From assembly GCA_964016885.1 (NCBI GenBank), contig OZ024740.1:262508001-262572000 (forward strand): 64,000 nucleotides of DNA, given 5' to 3'. Made by a program: the position numbers and the translations under genes. Below the pieces are notes generated by a model. It searched no databases, was not told where the DNA came from, and was given only the letters and a program-made list of their open reading frames with translations. This document shows, piece after piece, positions 48,166 through 61,877 of this stretch; the first letter of the stretch is position 1; the number at the start of each line of letters is the position of its first letter. The stretch is from Eledone cirrhosa (Eukaryota).

Positions 48166-48435
48166 ACCAGTAATACACTGGGATAATTGCTGGCCTTGTG
48201 CCTAAAGTAAAAACAATTATTACTATGCCGGCAATTATTGTTACCGGCATAGTAATAATTGTTTCTACTTTAGGCACAAGGCCAGCAATTATCCTAGTGT
48301 ATTACTGGTACTTTATTTTATTGACCCCGTAAGGATGAAAGGCAAAGTTAACCTCGGCGGGATTTGAACTCAGACCATAAAGGGCCGTAACTCTTTGCTG
48401 CAAAGCATGGCGTCCGATCCTCTACCGATACTGCA
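48166..48435 (-). mobile_element. SINE whose 3' end is folded back as an inverted duplicate
   Basis: 48166-48234 is the inverse of about 48241-48309. The SINE body continues to 48435. Confidence 0.8.
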
Positions 48436-48559
48436 GTCGATCATAACAACCCAGTACTTGATTAGTATTTATTTTATTTTTCCTTTCAAGCTGTACCTCC
48501 TGAGGGAATCATAAGGGGAACCATAGGGACATACGGCATTTCTTGCGCAATTTTAAGTC

Positions 48560-50205
48560 TGGCAGAACCCATCTCCTCTCCAGGTTTAAACACAACAGAT
48601 TTCTTCCTGAAAAGGATAGTGAGTGAGAGAGAAAGAAAGTGAGAAAGATATATAGAGGAAGAATAAAATCCAGTACTAGACTGATTATTTTATTATCGAT
48701 CTCAAATGGAAGAAAGGTAAATTCGACCTCACCGCCATTTGAACCAAGAACTAAATACAGCACGCTATTTTATCCAATGAAACTTGTAACTAAATACAGC
48801 TCGCTATTTTATCCAATGTTCTGTTAATCTATAGTATTTACTTCACCGAAAGGGAATAATAATTGTTTATATTTTTGGCACAAGGCCAGCAATAAGATAG
48901 AGAAGTGGGAGTCGATGAAATCGATCCCAGCTCATTAATGGTGCTTTATTTTATCGATCCCTTAAGGTTAAAAGACAAAGTGGGATTTGAACTCGACGAA
49001 AAGGAACAATAATAATGGTTTCTGTTTTAGGCACAAGGCCAAATGTTTGGGAGAAGGGGAAAGTCGATCAAATTGACTCAAGTGCATTACCGATATTTAT
49101 TTTATCGATCCTGTAAGCTATCATAAGTGGAATTTGAATGCAAGGAAAATGAATAATAGTAATTTCTTAAATATGCACAAAGTCAGAAACTTAAAGAGAG
49201 GTGGTTCGTTGATTTCAACGACTCAGTGCCTGACTGGTATTTTATTTTTGTCTAACACTCAAACGATTGCAACATGCCACCTAGGTTTTAGTGCCGCTTT
49301 CAATATTTTTCAATATTGCTGTCATTGATGCTACTCTTGATGTTTCCAGTTTATTCATTCTGGCACAAGCTTTTTTCGACGTTTAGCTTACATTCTCAAG
49401 CTTCTTGTCATAGATGATGTTTCTACTGTTCTTGGCGACGATTGTTTTATTGTGGTCGTTGCTGTTTGTCTCCGGCTGTAGTTTCTCTATATCACTGCAG
49501 TATCACACTATAGCATAGTGCTTTCAGAGCTAACATTTATAATTTTATTATATTCCTCAAGAAAATGAAATTACAAAAGAGAACAGAATTTTTATTTGAC
49601 AAGCAAAATATTCAAGGCAGATGACAATTTTAGCATTGCTGGTACCACATTTGTCTTAACACTCACCGTTCCCTTAAACAACACAGTGACAACATGAATT
49701 AAAAAAAAAATAAGACCGATAATAATAGCTATAATTACTGTTGGAAGTGAAAACCTATGGAGCTGCATGTGGACTACAGATTGAGAAGGATATACGCCTT
49801 GAGAATGATTAAATTCATAATTCCAGGACTTTTGAATTTACATACCGAACACATACCGAACCTAGCATTACTAGGTGGATGCGGGATGCCGTTACTCCTG
49901 AGGGTGTCGTTGGGTTGCGGTATTGAAATATATTTCTATGGCACCTTTTATACCCGGCGGAGCCCATCTCCTTTCCAGGTCTGAATACAGCAGATTCTTT
50001 TCCAGAGAAGGATAGAGAGAGTAAGAGAATGGAAGTAAGAAAGAGATATAGAAGAAGAATTGACTAGACTTGTACATTTTTTTATCAATCTCGAATGGAT
50101 GGAAGGCAAAGTTGACCTCGGCGGGATTTGAACGTAGAGTGTAGAGAGCCGAACGAATACTATAAAACATTCTAACCCGACGTTCTAACAACTCTGCCAA
50201 TTCAT
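48560..50205 (-). mobile_element. Cluster of older, diverged SINE fragments
   Basis: Degenerate ggcacaaggcc...tttatcgatcc...aaggcaaagt...ggatttgaac copies at about 48670, 48860-49140 and 50060-50200. 48568-48750 resembles 49960-50135. Confidence 0.6.
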
Positions 50206-50715
50206 CACCTTAGCATTACTACGTTTTTCACACTTATTATTAATAGTACTTTCAATTGGAGGATTCCAAAGACTCAAGTGTAATGCCTGCACAAATCCAG
50301 CAGGAATTGAGGTGAAATGTATGTTGCCCGTTTCTCCTAACAAGAAATAGTTTTGTTAACCATCTGAAATGACACGAGCTGGGGAGAAATCAAGCCAACT
50401 GGGAGATGGTTCTACGGCCACACACTCGAGGGTACATTTGCAATGAGTTTGGTTAAACTTACAAGTCAGTGGGTGCACTGACCAAACACATCCCCCAGCC
50501 GGTTTTACCAGTTCAAGTGTCACATCTGCAAAACAAATGCTGGTCTGCAAAGTCGAATGCTTGCACATGATCGTGCAATATTCAATGAAGGGATGGCACT
50601 CTTCTGACAAAAAGTAGCAATCAACACCCTCACACACACACACAACACACACGAATACACACACACAAACACTCTCTCTCACACACTCTCTCACACACTC
50701 TCTCTCACTCACTCT

Positions 50716-50764
<49 letters not shown>

Positions 50765-50809
50765 ACATAAATATTTATATATGAAGTAACAAGATGAAAG
50801 ACTGTTTTA

Positions 50810-53800
50810 CATATTTTAATTTAGTTTATTGTCATACACCACATAGGTTGATAGGACAGATAATTGTATAAGAGTATTGCCCCAATTAAATTCCGTTGAA
50901 TTACTTTGACAACTTTTTATTGTACAACAACTACAACGGTACGCGATGGGGCCCACCCACAGACCCGGCGGACAGAATGGAGAAGGCGTTTCTCCGGAGG
51001 ACGGCGAGGGAGACGCGCTGGAAAAGCCACTCCAACTCGCGTGGATCACACCTGCGGCTGACCAGCTCAGCGCCTATGGTGATGAGTAAGGAGGTAGCCC
51101 TGGGGCCGACGGAGGCACTAGAAGTTTCTACTGGAACGACCGCAAACCTGTCGGAGAGAGACCGGTATTTGAGGAGTTTGGCCCCCCTAGCCCGACGTGC
51201 AGCAGAACCTGGGTCAGTCGCAGACTGCACCAGATTGCGGCTGCAGAAAGTGTCGTTGCAAGTGGCATCCCAGACAAGGGGTTTGCCACCGCGGAACGGG
51301 AAGATGGTCATGCCATCTGGCCTTTTGCCGCCCCCTCGATCCAGCCCCACCGGCTCGAGCTGGGAATGGAAGCCTGCAGCGTCCAAGCTATGCTTAATGA
51401 CCTCGTTGAGGGCAGCATGGCGTGGAATGCGGCCGGCACTGTGGCGACAGGAAAGCGGGTGGAGGCCGAAAGAGTCCACGGTGGAAACGCAGCGACATTG
51501 GTGTGGCTGGCAGATCCGGAGGCCGAGCCTCAGGGATATGCCGATGCGCAGGCTATGGTTGTCTAGCTGCATGCAAGTGGAGAAGGAGGGCATGGCATGG
51601 AGCCACGCAGCACTGTGGGGTTTGGAGGCCGCACGAAAACAAGCAAGGCGGTGCTGGTCGAGCTGGCGCGTGGGCCTGTCTGAGGCCAGGCTGCACTGGA
51701 TGGCATCCCAAGTGCGTTGGGGGAACTTGACGTCAACAGTGGGAGAAGGAGGAGGGACGTCTACTGGGCTAAATCCCAGACGGTCCCACGTCTCACAGGC
51801 GGCCTCAGATTCTCTGAACACAGAGGGTTCTGTTGTGTTTTGAAGAACGCTGCTGACGAGGACGCGACACGAGGTTACCGACGAAAGATAGGCTGGCAAA
51901 GCTAGTGAGATCGGGGCCCGGAGGCCAAGGCCGCCATACCTGACCGGTAAAGTGGCCTGTTGCTAACCTATTTCGTCAAACTTGACGTTGCATATCTCCT
52001 CGGCTGCTACTCGGATACAAGTATCGAGGTCAGCGAGGAGAGATGTCTGGGTGTAGCACAGAGCGCTGTGGAGTGTATGGAGGATCTTCGGCATGGCGAA
52101 GCTGTTCCTCAGCAGAAAGAGAGCTGGGTAGCCGTCAATCAAGCCCAGTCGGCTCGTGAGAGTCTGGAGCTATTGAAGCCTGGACCTGATGGTGGAGCGG
52201 ATGGCCGGCGGGTGGATCGGTGACCCGAGGATGAGGACATCCTCTTTGGAGGTTACCTGAACTTGGCGGAGAATGGACCGCACGTCTAAGACGGAAGCTG
52301 CAAAGCTCGCAGCATCGAGACTGACATTCACCACCTCCGACTTGGCAGAGTTGACCTGGAGTCCGATTCCTGCGTGGGCAGACCGTCCGTACGGGCCCGG
52401 CCAACGTAGCATCATCCAGATACCAAACATGAGAGAGAGGCAGTGATACTCCGGGCGATGTAACAAGGGCGAACAGGAGGGGTCTGAACAGTAGCCGAGG
52501 GTATGACCGTATCAGCAGCAAGGAGCATGCTCGGGGCTCCATAAGACAGGTAGGCCAGCGGGTAGGAAGAGGGGGCTCGGCTGAGGCAGGCCTCGAGCAG
52601 ATGATCCTGGCGTAAAGAGTTGAAGGCATTCCTCATGTCAAGCTTGACAATGAGGTGCCTGGAGTCCCTGGATGCCGGTTCCGACGGGCAGCTGTTGAAG
52701 AACTGTCTGGTTGCATGAGCGGCCCCTCTCACATCCACCGGACACACCGACACCCAGTTGCACCGGACTAAACACCTCACCCAGTTCGTGTGTTACGAAC
52801 TTGCAGATCACCTTGGTAACCAGCCTCCTGAAGACATTACCCACAGCAATGGGGCGTATTCCACTCTCTTTCTTCCTGAGAGCGGTGATGCTGGCCGAAA
52901 AAAAGAGGCCTCGGGGATAAGGATCCAGGGCGCCACGGATGATCCTATTGGTGAGCCCCACAATTGCACTCAGAAGGCGGCGCCCGGCCTCAGCGGAGAG
53001 GGTGGATATCAACTCCTTGAGGTGGCCTGGTCTGAGACCATCAACACCTCCGCAGCTGCTAGCTGGGAAGGACCTGATGGCGGACACGATGTCTGCATCA
53101 GAAGCCACAAGGAGCAGGTGGGGGTCGGGTGGGGGTATGTGTCTGAGATCAGTAGATGGCTCAGGGTGTTTGAGTCGCAGAGCAGCCAGGACCTCCTCGC
53201 TGGGTTGGAGGACAGTGTCCTCTGAGGCAACAACACTGACGGCGGCCCAGACATCACCCACGATAGGCTTGGCGTTTACCTGGTCAGGCAAACGCTTGGG
53301 ACTAGCCTCGGGGTTAGAGGATGGGGGGTACTTGAGGGTGGTGTGTGTGGCTTCACTGGCACGCTTGGAATGGGCGCTCGCCCAAAGGACGAGACATTGG
53401 CCTTGACGAAGGCTGCTATTGAGCGGCCGCCCCGGTCAGCGCTAGAGCTGGGGAGTCCGTGGGTGAGAGGGGAGAAATAGAATAGCCGCTCTCAGTCACT
53501 GGCTCGATTGGAGTCCAGGGCGCTCTCAATCGAGGAAGCGAGGGCATCGGCTACCGACACCCGTGCTGCTCTCGGGATCCTGAGTGGGATCTTCCGGAGC
53601 CGTCTGAGCCGAGCGATGTGGACCAGTGAGACTTGGGCGCCAAGCAAGCTCGCTGTCCCAGCTGGTGGTGTGCCAGACGACCGTGGCTGGGAAGACATGG
53701 GGAAGAGGCAGCTCCTGCACCTCCACGCTGCGAGGGCATTGGAAGCTCGACGAGTCAAGCCAACGCAGGTGAGGTTGTGGAGCAGCCGCACCCCAAACAG

Positions 53801-54030
53801 TTCTGGCCCCTCTTCTGTGTGTTAGTGGTGCTGCAAGTGCTGCAAGTGTCGGCTTGGAGGGATGGGGTATATATAGAGGTGTCAGAAAACGAGAAAGAAA
53901 TGAAGGGGCTGCATGGAGGGGGACACGCAGGAAGGTACAATGTTAGTAAATGAATGAGTGAATGTACAAAAAAGGGGGAGGGACAGGGAGTTTTTCCCAG
54001 CGGAAAGAACTAGAGTCCAGCACCCACACA
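50810..54030 (-). mobile_element. CRE-clade non-LTR retrotransposon, near full-length, frameshifted
   Basis: GGVDGLRPGHLKE, GIRPIAVGNVFRRL, PVQLGVG, KLDMRNAFNS, WYLDD, C.C..D..G.H.LSC, RHAALNE, GKRPDGMTIFPF..LVWDATC, LFQRVSLAVLRRNA. AATAAA at the 3' end. Confidence 0.92.
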
Positions 54031-54091
54031 TGCGAGCAACTTAGCAGTTTGTCATAGGACCTTGTGGCTGGAGGTGAGTCACAGATGCTGG

Positions 54092-54452
54092 GGTTGGCTT
54101 CCTCTTGTTAATGGTAGAGTTGTTGTTGTTAATGTCACTGTTGTCGTCGTTGTCTTCCTCTTGTTAATAATGAAGATTGCTGGTGAGATGTTGATGTATA
54201 CACATGTGTGTTGTTGTTAATGTCACAGTTGTTGTCGTTGCCTTCCTCTTGTTACTGGTAGTGGTAGTGATTGCTGGTGAGATGTTGATGTATACACATA
54301 TGTGTTGTTGTTAATGTCACAGTTGTTGTCGTTGCCTTCCTCTTGTTACTGGTAGTGGTAGTGATTGCTGGTGAGATGTTGATGTATACACATGTGTGTT
54401 GTTGTTAATGTCACAGTTGTTGTCGTTGCCTTCCTCTTATTAATGGTGGTGG
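54092..54452. repeat. ~94-bp minisatellite, about 3.5 copies
   Basis: gttgttgttaatgtcacagttgttgtcgttgccttcctcttgtt...gatgtatacaca is repeated. Confidence 0.92.
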
Positions 54453-54654
54453 AGATGAAACTGCTACCAGTTCGGGCTGCCAGGCAGTATGCTGAGGCTC
54501 GAGTGTCTTCTTTTACCGAAGATGCGGGGTCGATGTTATTATCCTGTTGCTATCGCCTTCTTGACCGGAGATGCGGGTCAGTGGATTTCGGCATCATTTG
54601 GCAGCACAACGGCAAATAAATATATTCTCTATTTTTTTTGGCGGGGGTGGGCTT

Positions 54655-55696
54655 TTCTTTCTCTCTATCTAATCCGATTCAAATTATTTGGCAGTGAATT
54701 GGTGGTCGGTTTTGTTTTGTTTTGTTTTATGTTTCCATTTGTTTTTATTTACTTCTCTCGCCCTTCTGTTATGTTTCGGTGCGTTAAATTTGTGAGGTTC
54801 CTAGCAGTTATTATTTGAGGTTATATTTCCATTTTAGGATGTATTCCATCATAACAGCACATACTGCTTCCCAGCATCATGGATTAAACCGTGAGTTCAT
54901 GACGCGAATGTTTGTCTATTGGGTAATCAGATAATCCAAGCCTAAAATCATCAATGTAGATATGGATAGAGTCTAGTGGATTTGAGAATGTGTTAGAAGT
55001 GATGAAGCAGCGTGGTAAATGTTTAAGATAAACATTCATTAACTCAAGAGGGTTGGTATCTGATGCAGCAAATTTCCTTCATCGATGTCAGGATCAACAT
55101 CTTTATGGGCTTCGCGTGTTGAGTTACGTATGGCGAACTATAATGTTTAATAATTCGCGACTAGTATAACAGCTCTGTACGGCTTTCATTCAATGGAATG
55201 GAAAAGCCTGTAAATGGGTATGTTTGCTCCATGGAATGGCATAATATTAGCATACCACATACATATATACACATACATATAGCCCACGTACATATGTGTG
55301 TTGGTATGTCAAATACACACATATATGTGTGTATATCCGTGTGGGGAGCAACACGTGTTGGTTTGTTTTTAATTTTTATTTCTTCTCTCTTTCTAATCCG
55401 ATTCAAAAAATTTATTTGGCAGTGAATTGATGGTCGTTTTTTTTTTGTCCCCCTTCCTTTTATTTTGTTTCTTTCTCTCGCTATTCGCATATATTTTGGT
55501 GCGTTATATTTGTGAGGTTCCTATCAATAATAGCATTTATTATTTGTGGTTATGTTTCCATTCTAGGATGTATTCCATCATAGCAACACATTCTGATTCG
55601 AGGAATCTTGTATTAGACAGTGAATTAATGCCCCGAATGTTTGGAACGCAAAAGTATTTGAGTAATGGGTAATCCAAGCATAAGATCATCAATGTA
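54655..55696 (+). repeat. Diverged ~300-bp direct duplication (54655-54957 and 55380-55696)
   Basis: Shared tctaatccgattcaaa..tttggcagtgaattg, tttgtgaggttccta, taggatgtattccatcata and taatccaagc. Confidence 0.8.
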
Positions 55697-55900
55697 TGGA
55701 AAACAAACCTTAAATAGAGCTTGGAGCAGATATTAGGTTAAGAGAAAATTCAGACAGAGTGGATGTGGAAAAGTTGGGTGTTGAATTTGTAGTTCCAGAA
55801 ATTTTTTTTTTCAATCACAGGAAAGTGCACATACAAGCATATATGTATATATACAGGTACATATATTAATGAACTTGTATTTCACGTTAAATACAGAGAG

Positions 55901-56126
55901 ACATCAGTAAATAATAATTGTTTCTACTTTAGGCACAAGGCCAGCAATTATCCAGTGCATTACTGGTACTTTATTTTATCGACCTCGTAAGGATGAAAGG
56001 CAAAGTCAACCTCGGCGGGATTTGAACTCAGATCGTAAAGGGACGTAACTATGCTGGAAAGCATGGCGTCCGACCCTCCACCGATACTGCCAATCCACCG
56101 CCCTACAAACATCAGTAAATAATAAT
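55901..56126 (-). mobile_element. Full-length SINE with 18-bp TSD
   Basis: TSD acatcagtaaataataat at 55901 and 56109. Confidence 0.92.
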
Positions 56127-56599
56127 AACGATATTTAGATATGAAAATAAAGATGTACATATTTCTATTTCGGGGATTATCCCCTCCCCCCGTGTGTGTA
56201 GCAAGATGTGGTTGTGTGTGTTGCAGCTGACTCTAGCAGACCACAAGAAAACACGTCTATCCTTCAAGAATTGATAGATAGGAAGGTTATGCCTATTACA
56301 ATCCAATTCATTAGCGGACATATAAACAAAAAAAAAAACATCACTATTTGTATTTTCAGCATGTCTGACGACAGCGTATGAAATGGATATATCATATCGA
56401 AATTTCCATGCTTTTGAACATTGATAACCCGCCTGATACCTTATACATAACACATTATGGATACTATGACGTGGATACTTGATTATACACTAGTTATTTA
56501 ATTAATTGGATCAGCACTAATTATTGAAAGAAATATATAGTTTTACCTTCTGTATGGCAGCTACAACTTCGATTCATACCTAATATAATATAATATATT

Positions 56600-56663
<64 letters not shown>

Positions 56664-56866
56664 TGGTTACACGCTTGTAAACATTATCTCCTGTGATTTT
56701 TCATGTTTATATTTATTTATACATATGTTGATCAATTCCTAGTTATTAAAATGGTCGTACTTACAAAGTCCTAGAGCTTATTTTCCGGGCGATATGGCGC
56801 ATTCCGTTAAGGATTGACACCCATAATTTCGATTCTGATTGAATTCTTTTAATATATCTTAATTTT

Positions 56867-56984
<118 letters not shown>

Positions 56985-57231
56985 CAGAGCTAATATGTGA
57001 AGAGGCATGGAAAACAAAGAAAATGATGTGACATGGTGATAATGAAGAGAAAGAGATAAACATACAGATGATGAGGATGATGATGACGATCATTTCAGTG
57101 CTGATGATGCAGGGAAGAATAAATAGAAGTAAAGAAAGGAGATGAATACCTTGAATAGTACAAAGCAAGGGGCAGATTGAAAAGAAGAAGAAGAAGAAGA
57201 CATTTAAAAAAGAAGAAAAAGGGGAATAAAA

Positions 57232-57386
57232 GAGAAAATAAAAAATAAAAAATAAAAAATAAAAAATAAAAAAATAAAAAATAAAAAATAAAAAATAAAA
57301 AATAAAAAATAAAAAATAAAAAATAAAAAATAAAAAATAAAAAATAAAAAATAAAAAATAAAAAATAAAAAATAAAAAAATAAAAA
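57232..57386. repeat. (AAAAATA)n heptamer tract within a purine-rich stretch
   Basis: Read directly from the sequence. Confidence 0.95.
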
Positions 57387-58357
57387 GAAGAAAAAGATAA
57401 AGAACAAATAGAAAAAGAAAGAAAAAAGAAAAGAAAGAAAAAAGAAAAAGAAAAGAAAAAGATATTCACATCACACTGTATTGTTGTTAATAGTCCAAGA
57501 AATCCAAGTGACAAGTTTTATGGAGCAATACGGAAGTGGTGATTAGAATTGCTAGTACTGAAACCAATCTCACTGCATTGTTAAGTCTCTTGTTTATATG
57601 TACCAACCATATAACGTCTAAAATAATCTCGTTGTGTCTGTACACAACTTATTTAATCTCTCAGAAATGTATGCCCTTACTTCTTGGAATATGAAGAGAG
57701 TGGCAAGATTGAAAAAGAAGACACTCTCAGCGAGAACTAGTTGAAAAATATATTGTATTGAGTTCATATCAGCTTTTGATATAATCGTAGAGAAATTCTG
57801 TATATACAGGTAGGAAACATTTAGTGCATTGGATCTCCGTCGGTTACGAAGATGGGTTTTCTATTTGTTTGAACAACAGAACAGCCAGAGCATGAATTTA
57901 ACGTGTAAATGACTAAGCATTTCACTGATACGTGATATAATTCTCCAGAAAGATTCCGCATGACACAGGATGAGTTCCAAACACGGTTTACACAGCTTCA
58001 TTCATAAGACTTTGGTCGAACTGAGGAGATACCATAGAGTGCGATTGAACCTAGGATCTAGTGATTGTGAAGCGAACGTCTTAACCATTCGCCCATGCTG
58101 CTTTACGTCTTGTAAATGGACAACGTTAAATAAACTGTCGTGCTCAAAGATACATCGCATCGCATGGAAACGAACTCACTACATCGGAACCTGAACAATT
58201 TAACCCTTAAGTCATATTTATAATGAGAGGAATGGACACACATATGTCTAAGTACACACTAATAATTTTGAGACGTGCCGTTACTGATAATGTTAGTGAT
58301 GTGAATTATATTTGTATCCCGACACTAAACAAAGATAATATTATTTCAAAAAGTTGA

Positions 58358-58772
58358 AGGCGGTAGATTAGTAGAATCTGGAGAGCGTCGGACAACATGT
58401 TTTGCTGCACAGAGTTACGTCCCTTTACGTTATGAGTTCAAATCTTACCGAGGTGAGCTTTGCCTTTCATCCTTATGGGGTCGATGAAATAAAGTACCAG
58501 TAACGCACTCGGGTAGATCTAATCGATTTTCCCTTCCCCGCAAATCTTGTCTTTGTGTCTAAATCAGAAACCATTATTTCTAGTGGATTGGCAGTATCGG
58601 TAGAGGGTCGGACGCCATGCTTTCCAGCATAGTTACGTCCCTTTACGATCTGAGTTCAAATCCCGCCGAGGTTGACTTTGCCTTTCATCCTTACGGGGTC
58701 AATAAAATAAAGTACCAGTAATGTACTGGATAATTGCTGGCCTTGTGCCTAAAGTAGAAACAATTATTTCTA
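58358..58772 (+). mobile_element. Two tandem SINEs (older copy, then a younger copy at its tail with TSD attatttcta)
   Basis: Two A-box/B-box/core units at 58358-58580 and 58583-58770. Confidence 0.88.
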
Positions 58773-59362
58773 ACAGTGATCTTAGATTGTATTCTTTTAA
58801 TCAATTATATGTTCGTATAAGTCTTTTGTCCTTGTCTACTAACTCATAGCTCATATTCTATAACCTTTAAGGGTCAATCTGCCAGCACAGCAGAAGTCTT
58901 CTCTATTTGTACAAAATAGAGTAAAATTAAATAAAAATTCGAAAAAAAACCCATCAACAAACAAACGAACAACAAAGAAGAACACAAAAACCAGCTAGAA
59001 AGAAATATAGAAAAAAAGGTATAAAAATACGTAACTGGAAGTACATTTATTTTTGATTTGTTTTCTATTAGAACTCACTTCATGTAGCATTCTTGGTCAA
59101 TGTAACAAAATTTATAGGAAACTATAATACAAATGAAAAACTTTTTTTCCCGTCAGGTCATAATTCTACAAGTCATTATCAGACAGGAATTATCTTCGGT
59201 TCAGTCAATGTATGACTCTGAGCTATAATCATTGATTGAATGGTTTTCTCAGCATATTGGCTTCTTGCCTGACAGACGAAAATACAATAACAAAAATACA
59301 AAAAAATAAAAAAACATTATGTATGCCACAGGACAAATTATTATTATATGAATCTTTTATGA

Positions 59363-59457
<95 letters not shown>

Positions 59458-59585
59458 AATACACACATACAGATAGATAGAAAATGAGACACACTCAAGC
59501 GTGTACAAACATGCACACATACATACGTAGCTACAAAGACACAAGCACACACACACTCAAACACACACACACACACACACACACT

Positions 59586-59673
<88 letters not shown>

Positions 59674-61019
59674 AACGTATATATATATATATATATATGT
59701 ATACAAGTTGCACGAAAAAAAAAATAATCTATTAATATTCTTACAGTGATATCGAATATATGCCGAAAAAAATTTGTATGAAATACTAAAACATAAAAGA
59801 TTAAAAAATATGAAAAAAAATGGTTGAAATATCTTCCTTTCGGCATCCATTGTCTGTGATGTGATATTACTTCTGTATAGCTATCAAGGAAGTGGCTGTC
59901 TTTGATTGTCCTAATATTGAATTCCAACTGCAGTAACTTTAGCGGGAAATACCCCGAGGACTATTGGAATAGATAAGCTCATTCACACGTGAAAAAAATC
60001 TCAAAGAGATGAATACTATGTGAGTTCATCTGTTAACAGATTAGTATCCATCACAATAAAAATCGTATCATTGAAGTGAAAACAGAAGAGCTACATTTAA
60101 TTTACACCTCTATTAACCTCAATATGACTTAGTGAGGATACATCATCCTTTAACTCGTATCTAGAAAATGTGACTATTTGAATTAAGAAAACCTTTTCTA
60201 GGATTAAATTATATTTGTGTTTGAAAGAAGTACATTTGTTTGTTTCATTATGGTTCGAAACAAAGTTAACTGTGTATATTTTTCTTTATCTCGCTTAACT
60301 AAGCCATTGAGAAAAGATATACCTGGTTGCTGAACCTGCTAGAAATAACAGGTGCAGTTAAAATCTTAAAAATGGAAGCAAATGTTGGTGGATAATGCTG
60401 CCATGGATACATTGGCGTAAACTAAATTGGGATGGTCATCGTTGGAATGCTTGGAACACCTGTTTGTCTGACTAGAGTTGACCTAAAGCAAAACAACAGA
60501 GATATACAATTTTTGTTTCAAACTCTAATCTGTAAAATAGCTTTAATATAGGCTCTATATTGTAACATAAATAAATGTATAAAAAAGAAATTCGTGTTAC
60601 AAAACTCAGGGTAATCACACTATCTAGTAATTAATTCTTTGATATTCAATTATTAATACAAAAAGTTATTTCAATTATTGCAAGTAATCATATATATTTT
60701 GAACTAAACACCTTTTTTTTTCAAATTTTAATTAGAATTGTATCTTTGTCGAAGTTTGAAAATTTGGATAAGATTCTGTTACATTCGTGGAAATGACATC
60801 TGTGTCCTTTAGGCCTTCCTTTAAAATCAGTTAAGACCTCATAGCGCAACAACAAATATTTCTGTCTGAATATGGAAGCCAGGCTTGTCAACTAACTCTC
60901 TCAACTGTGAACTGAAAATATCGCTAAAATTACAAATAGCTATTTTATAACATAATTAGATTTTCTTTCAATATTCATTTAATGAATAGGTCTATAAATT
61001 AGTTAATTAGCAATAATTG

Positions 61020-61412
61020 CAACGTTTCATAATATATTTTAATAATTGTTTTTAATTTTGGCACAAGGCCAGTGCATTACTGCTAATTTTGGCATAAATT
61101 ACCCAGTGCATTACTGGTACTTTATTTTATCGACCCCGTAAGGATGAAAGACAAAGTTAACCTCGGCGGGATTTGAACTCAGAATGGCAAGGGCCATAAG
61201 TCTTTAATAATTGTTTCTACTATTGGCACAAGGCCAGCAATTATCAGTACATTACTGGTACTTTATTTTATCGACCCCGTAAGGATGAAAGGCAAAGTTA
61301 ACATCGGCGGGATTTGAACTCAGAATTGCAAGGGCCGTAGTCAAAGTCTTTAATAATTGTTTCTACTTTAGGCACAAGGCCAGCAATTACCCAGTGCATT
61401 ACTGGTACTTTA
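61020..61412 (-). mobile_element. Tandem array of 5'-truncated SINE copies
   Basis: Repeated taataattgtttctac..ggcacaaggccagc..actggtacttt..gatttgaactcagaat units. Confidence 0.85.
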
Positions 61413-61619
61413 ATAATACTTTAATAAAGTCTTTAATAATGATATCTAATAGAGACACACTGTCACATATTTTATAGTAGACTCCGGACGATTCTATTTG
61501 CTCAAATATTTCACAGCTGTTTATCTTCTCGACCCGGCCCCGAAGAATGAAGGGTAAAATCTTTCTCCACTGAATTTGAATACGGAATGTAAAGGGATGC
61601 ATTTGCATGGAGCCAGGCG

Positions 61620-61877
61620 CCTTTTCTTTTGTTAACCAATATGGGTGCTGAATGACCGAATGGTGAAGAATGTCTATTAAGGTCTCTTTCTCCGTGTATT
61701 GGAACATGCCGAATTATGCAGGTTTTATTGTTTTGTTATAAATGTTATTTTACACAAAACAGCCACACTATATCGTCCAGTACCGTCTTTAATGTTTCCT
61801 TAATGTGAGCCCTGTGTGACTAATAAAGAAATCATGATCATGATCATGATCATGATCATCATTATTATTATTATTAT
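61620..61877 (+). mobile_element. Diverged Tx1/L1-like 3' UTR remnant (D)
   Basis: agccctgtgtgactaataaagaaatcat...(att)n resembles the 3' ends at about 33650, 39445 and 46310. Confidence 0.6.

Noticed and set aside
50330-50630. Possible RTE 3' zinc-finger remnant (FKCHICK..GLQS)
   Set aside because: Too degenerate to call with confidence.
50896-51843. 315-aa plus-strand ORF, and other antisense ORFs such as 33700..34371 and 42066..42710
   Set aside because: Antisense shadows of GC-rich or low-complexity retrotransposon coding sequence.
54092-54452. CRISPR-like array
   Set aside because: The units are contiguous with no unique spacers, the context is eukaryotic and there are no cas genes; it is a minisatellite.
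58583-58670. tRNA gene
   Set aside because: The A/B boxes belong to the SINE head, their spacing is extended and no cloverleaf forms.
59229-59927. 232-aa ORF and other poly-YI/CV/TH/FYF ORFs as host genes
   Set aside because: They are translations of microsatellites, with no recognisable domain or clear exon boundaries.
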